A stretch of DNA of 64,000 nt from Chloroflexota bacterium (GCA_023488685.1 JAMDDR010000084.1:1916-65915), one strand, 5' to 3'; shown: positions 36,290 through 44,731, counted from the stretch's first letter. The notes: a model not told the origin generated them from the letters alone. Program-made: numbers and translations.

Positions 36290-36345
36290 GAAATATGCAA
36301 CCGAAATATGCAACCATACCCAGCCATACCCAGCCATACCCAGCC
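36290..36345. repeat. compound tandem repeat: 13-mer x2 followed by 10-mer x3
   Basis: GAAATATGCAACC x2 (36290-36315), then ATACCCAGCC x3 (36316-36345). All copies are perfect. The array lies in the spacer between class C copy 3 and the BI-1 gene. Confidence 0.9.
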
Positions 36346-36393
36346 AGCGCCCGGAATGCGGGTTTTGATGAAGGGAGGCGTTCTACTGCGTGC

Positions 36394-38712
36394 CTATTTG
36401 ATGCGCAGTCGTATCATCTCAATCTCCGTGTTGATGTATTGACCGCTCTCGTCGTAGGCACCCAAGCGTGAAAAATCCTTGGGAGAGTATAGCACCAGCA
36501 ACAAGCGATAAACGCCTGGTGATGCGTCAGCATTGATTTGCAGGATATGGGGATCAATAATGACCTGGCCAGGGATCCAGGAGGACGTTGGCGCATTCCC
36601 CTCAACCGGTGTTGAATCGTGCTGGGCGACCTTATTGGCCTTGTCATCCAGGAGTTGCAGTGACACCGTATAGTCATCCCCAATCTTGCGTTCCGTGCGC
36701 CAACGTAGTGTCACGGTCATGGCTGTACCGGGGCCTGCGCTGCGAGGTTGAACATCATAGCTGGTCAGGCTAATTCCATTGTCATAATTTAGTAGCGCTA
36801 TTGGGCTTTGGGCAAACGGTACCAGTTCAGCCTGACCGAACACAATACCCTGTTCACTATCTGTGCCGTGTGTCACGGTTAAACGTTGCCCTGTTTGTAG
36901 GTCATACAGGCCCACTGCCCATCGCAACCTCTGTGGCGCGAGTGTTAGGTGAGGAACGCGCGCAGCATAATGATCCGTCCAGCGATAGCCGGGTGATAAC
37001 TCGCTTGTCGCCAGAGAGCCCTGACCGGGGTACATATCACGCTGGGCGACGATGACATCATCCTCGTTGATCAGGTGGACAAATACACTGTAGTTGTCCG
37101 GTAGCGGCTGGCGTGCGTGCCAATACAAGCGTACGGTTGCCTCGTCCCCCGGCTCGACAGATGGTGTTAGCAGATCGTAACCGATCAGATCGAGTCCATC
37201 GCCAAACGTGATGTCAAGCGGATGGGAGGGGGAGACATTCGTGGGAGCAGGTTGCGCATAGGCAGACATGATGATCGCGAATGGTACAGACACCGCAAGC
37301 ACGATCAAACCGGCGCTCGCAACCCATAGCACCGTGCGATGGATATGGTATAGCCCGAACGCAAACCATGCGGCAATGACGGCGATGCAGGGGAACATGA
37401 GCCTGCCCTGTGACGCGGGCGTGAGCGAGGTCCATCGCACCAGTGCAGCGAACGTAATGGCTACCCACGCGGCACTGATGACGAGTGCTGCATGGCGAAT
37501 GAGGAGCGGCTGGTCTTGCCCCGGCGTTGGATATTCTTGCCCGGTCTTTCGTCTCAAAATCGCCCAAACCGCGCCGGCAGATGCCATGACGGCAGCCCCA
37601 TTTAGAACATCGTAAACCAGCGGTGGCATGATGACGTTGAGTGTGCCAAACACTCCCCAATAAGCCCAGACAAAGCCCTCACGCTCACTCCATAGCTGTG
37701 CCAGTGAGGCGGGGGGGGCACGCCGGCCAACGACATCCAGGAATGCGCTCCATCCTAATGGATCACCGTATAACTGTTGGTTACGTATGAACCACCAGCC
37801 CGCGAGGATGGCCGTAACGGCAATAACGATCAGGATGAAACGCGCCATCCGCGCTATCAGGCCGAGGACACTCCCACCTGGGCGCAATGTGTAATGTTTA
37901 AATCCTGCGAATAACGTGGATAGCGCAAGCAATCCGATAAGGCCCAGCGTGCTCGATTTACTGAGTGCGGCCGCCGCTGTGATCAAGCCCGCTATGAGCG
38001 CCGCGCGGATGGATAGATCGGCGCGCCGCGCTGTGTGTAATGCCCACCACAGTCCCAGGGTTCCGAACATGGCAGCGGCGTTGTCATTATTAACTGAACC
38101 GCTGATAAACGCGAACATGGGGATGAATGCTGTAAAGACCATCGTGCCGAGGCGTATAAAGGCACCCTGATCAGTTGGAAGCGAGGCTGCGCCTGTATTG
38201 GAATTGAGTGTGCGGTCACCACCACCAATTCTTGGAAATAGCTCACACGCTACCAGGTAAGCGAAGAATACCGTCGCGGTGGAGAACAGGACAGAGACTA
38301 ACCGTGCCAGGTGGACGGCCAGCGTCGCGCGTGTCCAGGGGAATTGCTCGGCGGTAGTGTGGAGGATGGCGTTGGCGTTGCCATCGCGCGTCGGCTGTCC
38401 CATGTCGCTGTGTGGGTTGATGCGACGGATCTCCTGCCAGTTGGACGAGTCAACCGGGCCGCTGACGAGGGCCGCAACGGCATAATAAAAGGGAGGTTGG
38501 CTGCCTTCCTGCCGCCAGGGCGCATCCTCGTCGCTCTGATCGCGGCGCTGTTCGGGCAGCGAACCAGTCGTTGCCAGATGGCGGACAAGCGGATAGTGCC
38601 ATAGCTCGTCCGAAGCCTCGAACAGGGGAGTCGCTATGCTGTATAAGCTGAAGAGAAGCAGCGCCGCCACGAGCAGCAAGGCCGCACTGACTCTCTCGGC
38701 GCGCACACTCAC
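36394..38712 (-). CDS. GT-C-fold membrane glycosyltransferase-like protein, class C copy 3
   Basis: 772 aa with FEASDELWHY and QPPFYY. Two clear C-terminal modules: ATVRLYWHARQPLPDNYSVFVHLINEDD..AQRD..WAVGLYDLQTGQRL, and MTVTLRWRTERKIGDDYTVSLQLLDDK..AQHD..SSWIPGQ..YRLLLVLY. The start overlaps the upstream gene's stop by 4 nt. Confidence 0.65.
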   Translation of the reverse strand: MSVRAERVSAALLLVAALLLFSLYSIATPLFEASDELWHYPLVRHLATTGSLPEQRRDQSDEDAPWRQEGSQPPFYYAVAALVSGPVDSSNWQEIRRINPHSDMGQPTRDGNANAILHTTAEQFPWTRATLAVHLARLVSVLFSTATVFFAYLVACELFPRIGGGDRTLNSNTGAASLPTDQGAFIRLGTMVFTAFIPMFAFISGSVNNDNAAAMFGTLGLWWALHTARRADLSIRAALIAGLITAAAALSKSSTLGLIGLLALSTLFAGFKHYTLRPGGSVLGLIARMARFILIVIAVTAILAGWWFIRNQQLYGDPLGWSAFLDVVGRRAPPASLAQLWSEREGFVWAYWGVFGTLNVIMPPLVYDVLNGAAVMASAGAVWAILRRKTGQEYPTPGQDQPLLIRHAALVISAAWVAITFAALVRWTSLTPASQGRLMFPCIAVIAAWFAFGLYHIHRTVLWVASAGLIVLAVSVPFAIIMSAYAQPAPTNVSPSHPLDITFGDGLDLIGYDLLTPSVEPGDEATVRLYWHARQPLPDNYSVFVHLINEDDVIVAQRDMYPGQGSLATSELSPGYRWTDHYAARVPHLTLAPQRLRWAVGLYDLQTGQRLTVTHGTDSEQGIVFGQAELVPFAQSPIALLNYDNGISLTSYDVQPRSAGPGTAMTVTLRWRTERKIGDDYTVSLQLLDDKANKVAQHDSTPVEGNAPTSSWIPGQVIIDPHILQINADASPGVYRLLLVLYSPKDFSRLGAYDESGQYINTEIEMIRLRIK

Positions 38713-39206
38713 GTTGCTGCTTCAGACTCCGTGGTTGGATTACTGGCTGCCATGCGCTCAGTGTGCTCCGCTTCCAGTTTGGAGATACCGTTATTGACGA
38801 CGGTTGTCACACGGTCCAGCTCTTCGCGCAGCCGGGCGAGCGTCTCCAGGGCGTAGTTGTCGGCCTCGGCGCGCATGCGCTCGACCTCGCGCCGCGCACG
38901 TTCCTCTATCGCCTGTGCACGGCCCTGCGCTATGGACATTACCGCCGTGTCGTCGGCAAGGTGCGCAGCTTCTTCGCGGGCCAGCTCACGAATGCGATCA
39001 GCCTCTTCCTTAGCCTGCGCCAAGATGCGATCGTGCTCCTGCTGGATGCGTTGTGCTTTTTTGATCTCCTCGGGGATCGCGAGTACCATTTGATCAATCA
39101 ACTGAAAGCACCGGTCTGCATCCACCAGACGCATCTTGGTGCCGGGTACGCGTCGACTTTCAAGAAGAATGGCTTCGAGTCGTCCCAACAGATGTTGAAT
39201 GTCCAT
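38709..39206 (-). CDS. coiled-coil protein (ATPase subunit-b/H-like or DivIVA-like heptad region), function unknown
   Basis: 165 aa from ATG 39206 (MDIQHLLGRLE...). The central region is charged Glu/Arg/Ala-rich. The longest ORF (39392) would overlap coaD. Confidence 0.5.
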   Translation of the reverse strand: MDIQHLLGRLEAILLESRRVPGTKMRLVDADRCFQLIDQMVLAIPEEIKKAQRIQQEHDRILAQAKEEADRIRELAREEAAHLADDTAVMSIAQGRAQAIEERARREVERMRAEADNYALETLARLREELDRVTTVVNNGISKLEAEHTERMAASNPTTESEAAT

Positions 39207-39283
39207 AGTGAATAAGTATGAACTGACTGTTAACAACTGGCAAGTGCCCCCGGCACTTGCTGAGCCTAACCACGCCAGCGTCT

Positions 39284-39841
39284 TCAGCCGGTTGAGGACA
39301 CTGCGTTCGAATTCCTGCCTGCTGTAACGATAGCTTCTTGTGGCTTGACCTGCGTCAATTGGCGTTTCTTGATAATGGCCGTTGAGACGCAAGGCGGCAC
39401 AAGCTCGGAAACATCACCTCCTAAGGTTGCCACTTCGCGCACCAATGTCGCGCTCACGAAGGTGTGGGGTTCGTTCGCGAACAGGCACACGATTTCAACA
39501 TCGCTCGCTAACCAGTGATTCGTTTGGGCCATCTGCCACTCGAAATCGAAGTCCACACCATTGCGTAGCCCGCGAATGATCACTTGCGCCCCTTGCTGGC
39601 GCGCAAAGTGCACCGTCAAGCCGGAATAGCCGATGACAGACACGCGATTATCGTGATTCAATGGCGCCAACGCTTCATGAGCCAGCGCGATCCGCTCTGC
39701 GTGCGTAAAGAGCATCTGCTTTGAGGGTGCTATATACACGCCCAGGATGAGACGATCAAACAATGCCATGGCACGTTTTGCGATGTGCAGATGTCCATTA
39801 TGGAACGGGTCGAAAGTGCCCGGGTAAACCGCCGTAATCAT
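39284..39841 (-). CDS. coaD: phosphopantetheine adenylyltransferase
   Basis: AVYPGTFDPFHNGHL (HxGH motif) and SATLVREV. It carries a C-terminal tail about 25 aa longer than usual. Confidence 0.88.
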   Translation of the reverse strand: MITAVYPGTFDPFHNGHLHIAKRAMALFDRLILGVYIAPSKQMLFTHAERIALAHEALAPLNHDNRVSVIGYSGLTVHFARQQGAQVIIRGLRNGVDFDFEWQMAQTNHWLASDVEIVCLFANEPHTFVSATLVREVATLGGDVSELVPPCVSTAIIKKRQLTQVKPQEAIVTAGRNSNAVSSTG

Positions 39842-42636
39842 TAACTCGCATCTCCGTGATTTTCATGTGCTGCCCAGAACGTCGCGACCTTATCTGCAAG
39901 CGGCCGATATTCCGGCGTGCTTAACTCCAGGTCGCGGGAAAATACCATTTCGGCCTGTTCGCGCGCGACGAGCAGTAAGTCGCGGTCACGCAGGTTGACC
40001 AGCTTCAACTCCGGTTCGCCACTCTGGCGTACGCCGAAGAACTCGCCCGGACCTCGTATTTCGAGATCTTTCTCGGCGAGTTTGAAGCCGTCTTGGGTCG
40101 ATACAATTGCCATGAGTCGTTCGTCGCTGACCGCCGCGCTTGTGTCTGCAATCAACAGGCAGTAGGAGCGGTGCATGCCTCGTCCCACACGCCCACGGAA
40201 CTGATGAAGCTGTGACAGACCGAAACGGTTCGCACCCTCGATCATCATTACCGTCGCATTCGCAACGTCGATGCCGACTTCGACGACAGAGGTGGACACC
40301 AGGATGTCCAACTCACCGCGGCCGAACTGGGACATCACGTCATCCTTCTCATCGGCCTTCATCCGCCCGTGCAACAGCCCAAGTCTGAGCTTTGGGAACA
40401 CCTCGCGCTGTAACCGCGTATGTTCCTCAACCGCAGCCTTGGCCTCGATTTTCTCGGATTCCTCGACCAATGGGCAGATGATGAAGGCCTGTCGTCCTTG
40501 CTCCACTTGCTGGCGCACGAATGAATAGGCCCGTTCGCGCTCTGCAGGGGCAAACCAGTGCGTTTCGATGGGTTGTCGTCCTGGTGGCATCTCATCCAAC
40601 ACCGTATTATCCAGGTCACCATACAATGTCAAGGCCAGTGTGCGCGGGATGGGCGTCGCCGTCATCACCAGTGTGTGCGGGTTCGATGCGTGGCCTTTAT
40701 CCCGCAATGCCTTGCGTTGTGCCACCCCGAAGCGATGCTGTTCGTCCACCACCACCAGACCCAGGTTCTTGAACGAGACGCCATCCTGGATCAGCGCGTG
40801 CGTGCCGATGACGATGTGTACACTCCCGTCGGCCAGGGCGTCATAGACTTCACGCTTCTCGGATGCTTTGACGCTGCCGGTCAGAAGGCGCACCTGGAGG
40901 GGAGCGATCGCTCCCTTCTCACGCATGACGTCGAAAAGCTTGCTCAGATTGTTGAAGTGCTGTTCGGCCAGAATCTCGGTCGGGGCCATCAGTGCTGACT
41001 GCGCGCCGGCGCTGGCCGCGAGCACCATGCCCAGAGCTGCGATGACCGTTTTTCCGGAGCCGACGTCGCCTTGAAGCAGCCGGTGCATTGCCGTGGGTTT
41101 GCGCAGATCATCGACGATTGCTCTGATGGCGCGATCCTGTGCTCCGGTGAGGGTATAGGGGAGCGTTGCCTTCAGTGCATCCAATAAGCCGTCCTCGAAC
41201 GGCAGCGGTTGGGCCGGCTCGGACCGCCAATCGCGGCGCTGTTTCAGAACGGCCATCTGCAACACGAACAATTCGTCGAATGCCAGGCGACGGCGCGCCT
41301 GTTCCTGTGCCTCCAAGTCGCGAGGCCAATGAATCTGGCGTATGGCTTCGTTGATTGGCATCAACCCGGTATTCTGCCGCACGTCATTGGGCAGAAATTC
41401 GTCGAGTTTCTCCGGCCAATATTCGATCAATCGCTTCATCGCACGGCGCAAGCGCAAGGGTTGCAGGCCTTCGGTCAGACGGTATACCGGTACGATGCTG
41501 CCACCGATGACCCATTCCTTCTCTGCCGGCTCCTGCGAAGGGTTCTGGAAGATGAGTTTGCCCAGGTACTCGGTCACCTTGCCGCTGATCACCGTTTCAC
41601 GACCGACCTGCAATTGCTTTAGCAGATTCTCAGCGCCGTATTCGTTCGAGAACCACGAGCATTCGATCATGCCCGATGCGTCTTCGAGGGCGATGCGCAC
41701 GATGAGTAACCCACTCTTGGTGCGCTGTTTCCATGCGGACGCCACGCGTCCGATGATCGTGACGGATTCGCCATACTCAAGCTGATTGATCGTCTTGAGC
41801 GCGCTGTAATCGTCGTAACGGGTGGGGAAGAAGTAGAGCAGGTCCCGGATCGTCTTCACGCCCAGCTTTGCCAATCGCTCTGCTGTGGAATCCCCGAAAC
41901 CGCTCATCGTGCTGACCGGGGCATCCAGGCCCAGCCCGCTGTATTGGCGTGGAGGAGTGCGCGTGCTTCTGCGTGGCTGCAACTGTTCCAATTGTCGTGG
42001 CGATGGTGAGAGGCGTGGCTGTGTCTGCGACCGCGCAGGTGCACGAGCTTGAGCGGGTGTGGGCGCTACGCCGGCGGATGCCTGCCCAACGGAAGCTGGT
42101 TCCGCGGATGCTGTCGTGGCGCCGGGCTCGGCGGTTGCGGCTTGGTCTGCAGCCGCCGGCGTTACAGGCGCAGGTGGATGATTGATCAATGCGGCGCTGG
42201 TGGCTTGTTGGTCGGTGTCTGTGTTTTGGGGCCGTTTGCTGGCTGGTGGCCGGTTGGCGAATTGAGGCGCAGCTCGCTGTGCCGGTCGTGCCCTTTCAGG
42301 TTTATATGGCGGGTGTTGAGCTGCTGATTCCCGTCCACTCGGAGATGCACCTGCCGGCCCCTTCGCGGTCCCGCCAGCCAGTGTGGGGGTTTGTAGCCGT
42401 TGTATGAGTGCGCTCAGGGCAGTGCGTCGCGTAGCCACGTCTGGGGCGGCGCTATACGTGCGCATTTCATCGGCGATGGACATGGCCCAAGCCGCATCGA
42501 TGTTGGACTTGGCCGCGTCTGCGAGCCAGGCGTTGGCAAACGAAGCCAGCCCGCGGGTGACGGCCTTATCCTGGTACCCGCGCTCGGCTTCGAGCTTCAG
42601 GATTTTTGTTAGTTTCTCTGTGGCGCTATTTGGCAT
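39841..42636 (-). CDS. recG: ATP-dependent DNA helicase RecG with a long low-complexity N-terminal extension
   Basis: GDVGSGKT, VDEQHRFG and MTATPIPRTL motifs in the C-terminal ~680 aa. The first ~250 aa include a Pro/Ala/Gln-rich stretch. Confidence 0.88.
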   Translation of the reverse strand: MPNSATEKLTKILKLEAERGYQDKAVTRGLASFANAWLADAAKSNIDAAWAMSIADEMRTYSAAPDVATRRTALSALIQRLQTPTLAGGTAKGPAGASPSGRESAAQHPPYKPERARPAQRAAPQFANRPPASKRPQNTDTDQQATSAALINHPPAPVTPAAADQAATAEPGATTASAEPASVGQASAGVAPTPAQARAPARSQTQPRLSPSPRQLEQLQPRRSTRTPPRQYSGLGLDAPVSTMSGFGDSTAERLAKLGVKTIRDLLYFFPTRYDDYSALKTINQLEYGESVTIIGRVASAWKQRTKSGLLIVRIALEDASGMIECSWFSNEYGAENLLKQLQVGRETVISGKVTEYLGKLIFQNPSQEPAEKEWVIGGSIVPVYRLTEGLQPLRLRRAMKRLIEYWPEKLDEFLPNDVRQNTGLMPINEAIRQIHWPRDLEAQEQARRRLAFDELFVLQMAVLKQRRDWRSEPAQPLPFEDGLLDALKATLPYTLTGAQDRAIRAIVDDLRKPTAMHRLLQGDVGSGKTVIAALGMVLAASAGAQSALMAPTEILAEQHFNNLSKLFDVMREKGAIAPLQVRLLTGSVKASEKREVYDALADGSVHIVIGTHALIQDGVSFKNLGLVVVDEQHRFGVAQRKALRDKGHASNPHTLVMTATPIPRTLALTLYGDLDNTVLDEMPPGRQPIETHWFAPAERERAYSFVRQQVEQGRQAFIICPLVEESEKIEAKAAVEEHTRLQREVFPKLRLGLLHGRMKADEKDDVMSQFGRGELDILVSTSVVEVGIDVANATVMMIEGANRFGLSQLHQFRGRVGRGMHRSYCLLIADTSAAVSDERLMAIVSTQDGFKLAEKDLEIRGPGEFFGVRQSGEPELKLVNLRDRDLLLVAREQAEMVFSRDLELSTPEYRPLADKVATFWAAHENHGDAS

Positions 42637-42644
42637 AGATTCGG

Positions 42645-42677
42645 TATCAGTATCAGTCGTCAGTAGTCAGTAATCAG
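42645..42677. repeat. degenerate 6-7-nt tandem repeat (5 units ending TCAG)
   Basis: TATCAG TATCAG TCGTCAG TAGTCAG TAATCAG, in the spacer upstream of recG. Confidence 0.8.
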
Positions 42678-42727
42678 AGCGACAATGTACGACTTCCGAT
42701 ATCTGAGAACTGAATGCTGCCAGCGAA

Positions 42728-43576
42728 TTATACGTCGGCCACCATGGCTATCCCGACGGCCATCGGTCCCACGTGTGTGCCCAGCACGGGAGTGACCTGG
42801 ACCGCCATTTGCTGTTCCACGGGGATCAGGTCGCTCAGATGTGTTTGCAGATGGGTCATATCAGCCTGCATGTCGTTGCTGGTATGCATTACCGAGATGT
42901 ATTGCACGTTGTGATGGCCGTGCGCAACCTCCAGCATACGCGCGATCCCACGGCTGCGCGTGCGGATACGATCGACCTGGGAAATCAGGCCATCATACAC
43001 ACTGAGCAATATCTTTATCTGCAGCATGTCGCCGATGCTGGCCATCAACGCGCTCGCCCGGCCGCTCTTGCGCAAGTACTTCAGCGTATCGATCAAAGGA
43101 TAAACATATACCTGTTTACGCATGGACTCGATGGTGTGCACGATATCCTGGGCGGATTGGCTTGTTTGCACCAGCCGGGCGGCGATGATGGCGAGCCAGC
43201 CTAGCCCCATGGTGACCGTTTTTGAATCCACGACGTGTACGCGCAATCCCTCTGTGGCTACCTCCTGAGCTGCTACTTCGGCTACATTGCACAATGCGCT
43301 GAATTTACGGTTGACGTGAATGGCGATGATTTCATCCGCACCCTGATTTCTTGCTTCACGAAACACTTTGACGAATGTCTCCGGTGAGGGAGCGGCTGTC
43401 TTAGGAATTTCCCGATAGCTGTCCAGGTTGCTATAAAACTGCTGCCGCGATAACGTGACGCCGTCCAGGTATGAAACGCCGTCGATCTGTACGATGACAG
43501 GCACGATGCTGATACCCAATTGTGCCGCAATATCAGGTGGCACATCTGATGTCGAGTCAGTTACGATCTTGATCAT
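42728..43576 (-). CDS. DegV family fatty-acid-binding protein
   Basis: MIKIVTDSTSD... from ATG 43576, with the typical DegV N-terminus and length (282 aa). Confidence 0.8.
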   Translation of the reverse strand: MIKIVTDSTSDVPPDIAAQLGISIVPVIVQIDGVSYLDGVTLSRQQFYSNLDSYREIPKTAAPSPETFVKVFREARNQGADEIIAIHVNRKFSALCNVAEVAAQEVATEGLRVHVVDSKTVTMGLGWLAIIAARLVQTSQSAQDIVHTIESMRKQVYVYPLIDTLKYLRKSGRASALMASIGDMLQIKILLSVYDGLISQVDRIRTRSRGIARMLEVAHGHHNVQYISVMHTSNDMQADMTHLQTHLSDLIPVEQQMAVQVTPVLGTHVGPMAVGIAMVADV

Positions 43577-43643
43577 GTCATGGAAGATTAGAGACGAGAG
43601 GCCGGAGATTGTCAATCTCCAATCTCCAGTCCTGAACCCCGAA

Positions 43644-44675
43644 TTACGCAACGGCAAACGTGTCGACCATTAACTGCACGTCACCCAGCGGGTAAAGAAT
43701 CGGGCACGTGCAGCCGTTGGCACGATACTCATCCACTTTGCGGCGGGCTTCGTCGGGTGTGCCACTTGCGGTAATCAGTTGTACCACGTCGTCGGGCACA
43801 AGTTCCATCGCGCGCTCGATCTGCGCTTCGGTGGCGGGCCAGGTGAGCACTCTGCCAATGGCTTCGAGCAGGTCGCCGCTGACGCCACTGGCCTTCATGA
43901 TGTGCGGTTGCTGGCCCAGGTACTGTGTCACAAGTTTGCGCGCGCCATCCAACGCCTTCTTGCGGTCGTGATCGACACTACATACAACAAGCTGGGGGCG
44001 ATCGATATCGTCGAGTGTCTTCCCTGCACGCTTCGCGCCCGATTCGAGCAGTTGTAGCGCCTTTGCGTTATAAGCTGGTGACACCAGGTAATTGAGCACG
44101 ATGCCATCGGCGATTTCACCGGTTAACTCAACCATCTGGTCGCCTGTCGCGCCGATATAGATGGGGACGTGTCGCGGCTCGCGCCGGCCATGCACGATAT
44201 CCAGTTCGACACCATCCATGTGCACGAATTCGCCATGGAACGTGACGCGTTTCATGGCGAGCAGGTCGCGGACGACGGTGACGCATTCGCGCATTGCCTT
44301 AAGCGGTTTACTGCGTGTGATGCCCACGCTCTTAGCCAGTGGGTCCCACCACGCGCCAATGCCGCAGTAGATACGGTTTGGCGCGAGGTCGTCCAGCGTC
44401 AGGAAGGTCGCGGCGATGAGTGCGGCATTGCGCGTCCAGTTATTGATCACGCCGCTGCCGACGTGAATGCGCTCCGTCACCGCAGCGAAGGCTGCCATCG
44501 GCACGATGGCGTCGCGCACCATGCGCGACTCGGCCTGCCACACCGCTTCAAAGCCGCGTCGTTCGGCATATTGCACGTATTGCATCCCGTCGCGTAAAGG
44601 GTGTGCGTCTTGCAGGTACATTGCGACGCGCTGATTGCCGGCTGCCGATTCCTGTTGGGCGCTCGTCGTTTGCAT
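43644..44675 (-). CDS. LLM-class (luciferase-like) flavin/F420-dependent oxidoreductase
   Basis: [12 protein letters not shown] and other LLM patterns. ATG 44675 was preferred because GGGAGA lies 9 nt upstream; the longest ORF starts at TTG 44717. Confidence 0.75.
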   Translation of the reverse strand: MQTTSAQQESAAGNQRVAMYLQDAHPLRDGMQYVQYAERRGFEAVWQAESRMVRDAIVPMAAFAAVTERIHVGSGVINNWTRNAALIAATFLTLDDLAPNRIYCGIGAWWDPLAKSVGITRSKPLKAMRECVTVVRDLLAMKRVTFHGEFVHMDGVELDIVHGRREPRHVPIYIGATGDQMVELTGEIADGIVLNYLVSPAYNAKALQLLESGAKRAGKTLDDIDRPQLVVCSVDHDRKKALDGARKLVTQYLGQQPHIMKASGVSGDLLEAIGRVLTWPATEAQIERAMELVPDDVVQLITASGTPDEARRKVDEYRANGCTCPILYPLGDVQLMVDTFAVA

Positions 44676-44731
44676 GATTGTTGTTCTCCCAGTATTTTCT
44701 AGTCTAAGGGTTGCCAATCGTAAATCGACAG

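Noticed and set aside
36290-36345. A CRISPR array (this site and the other tandem repeats at 44732-44801, 42645-42677 and 60655-60883).
   Set aside because: The units are 6-13 nt and directly abutting, with no spacers. There are no cas genes in the window.
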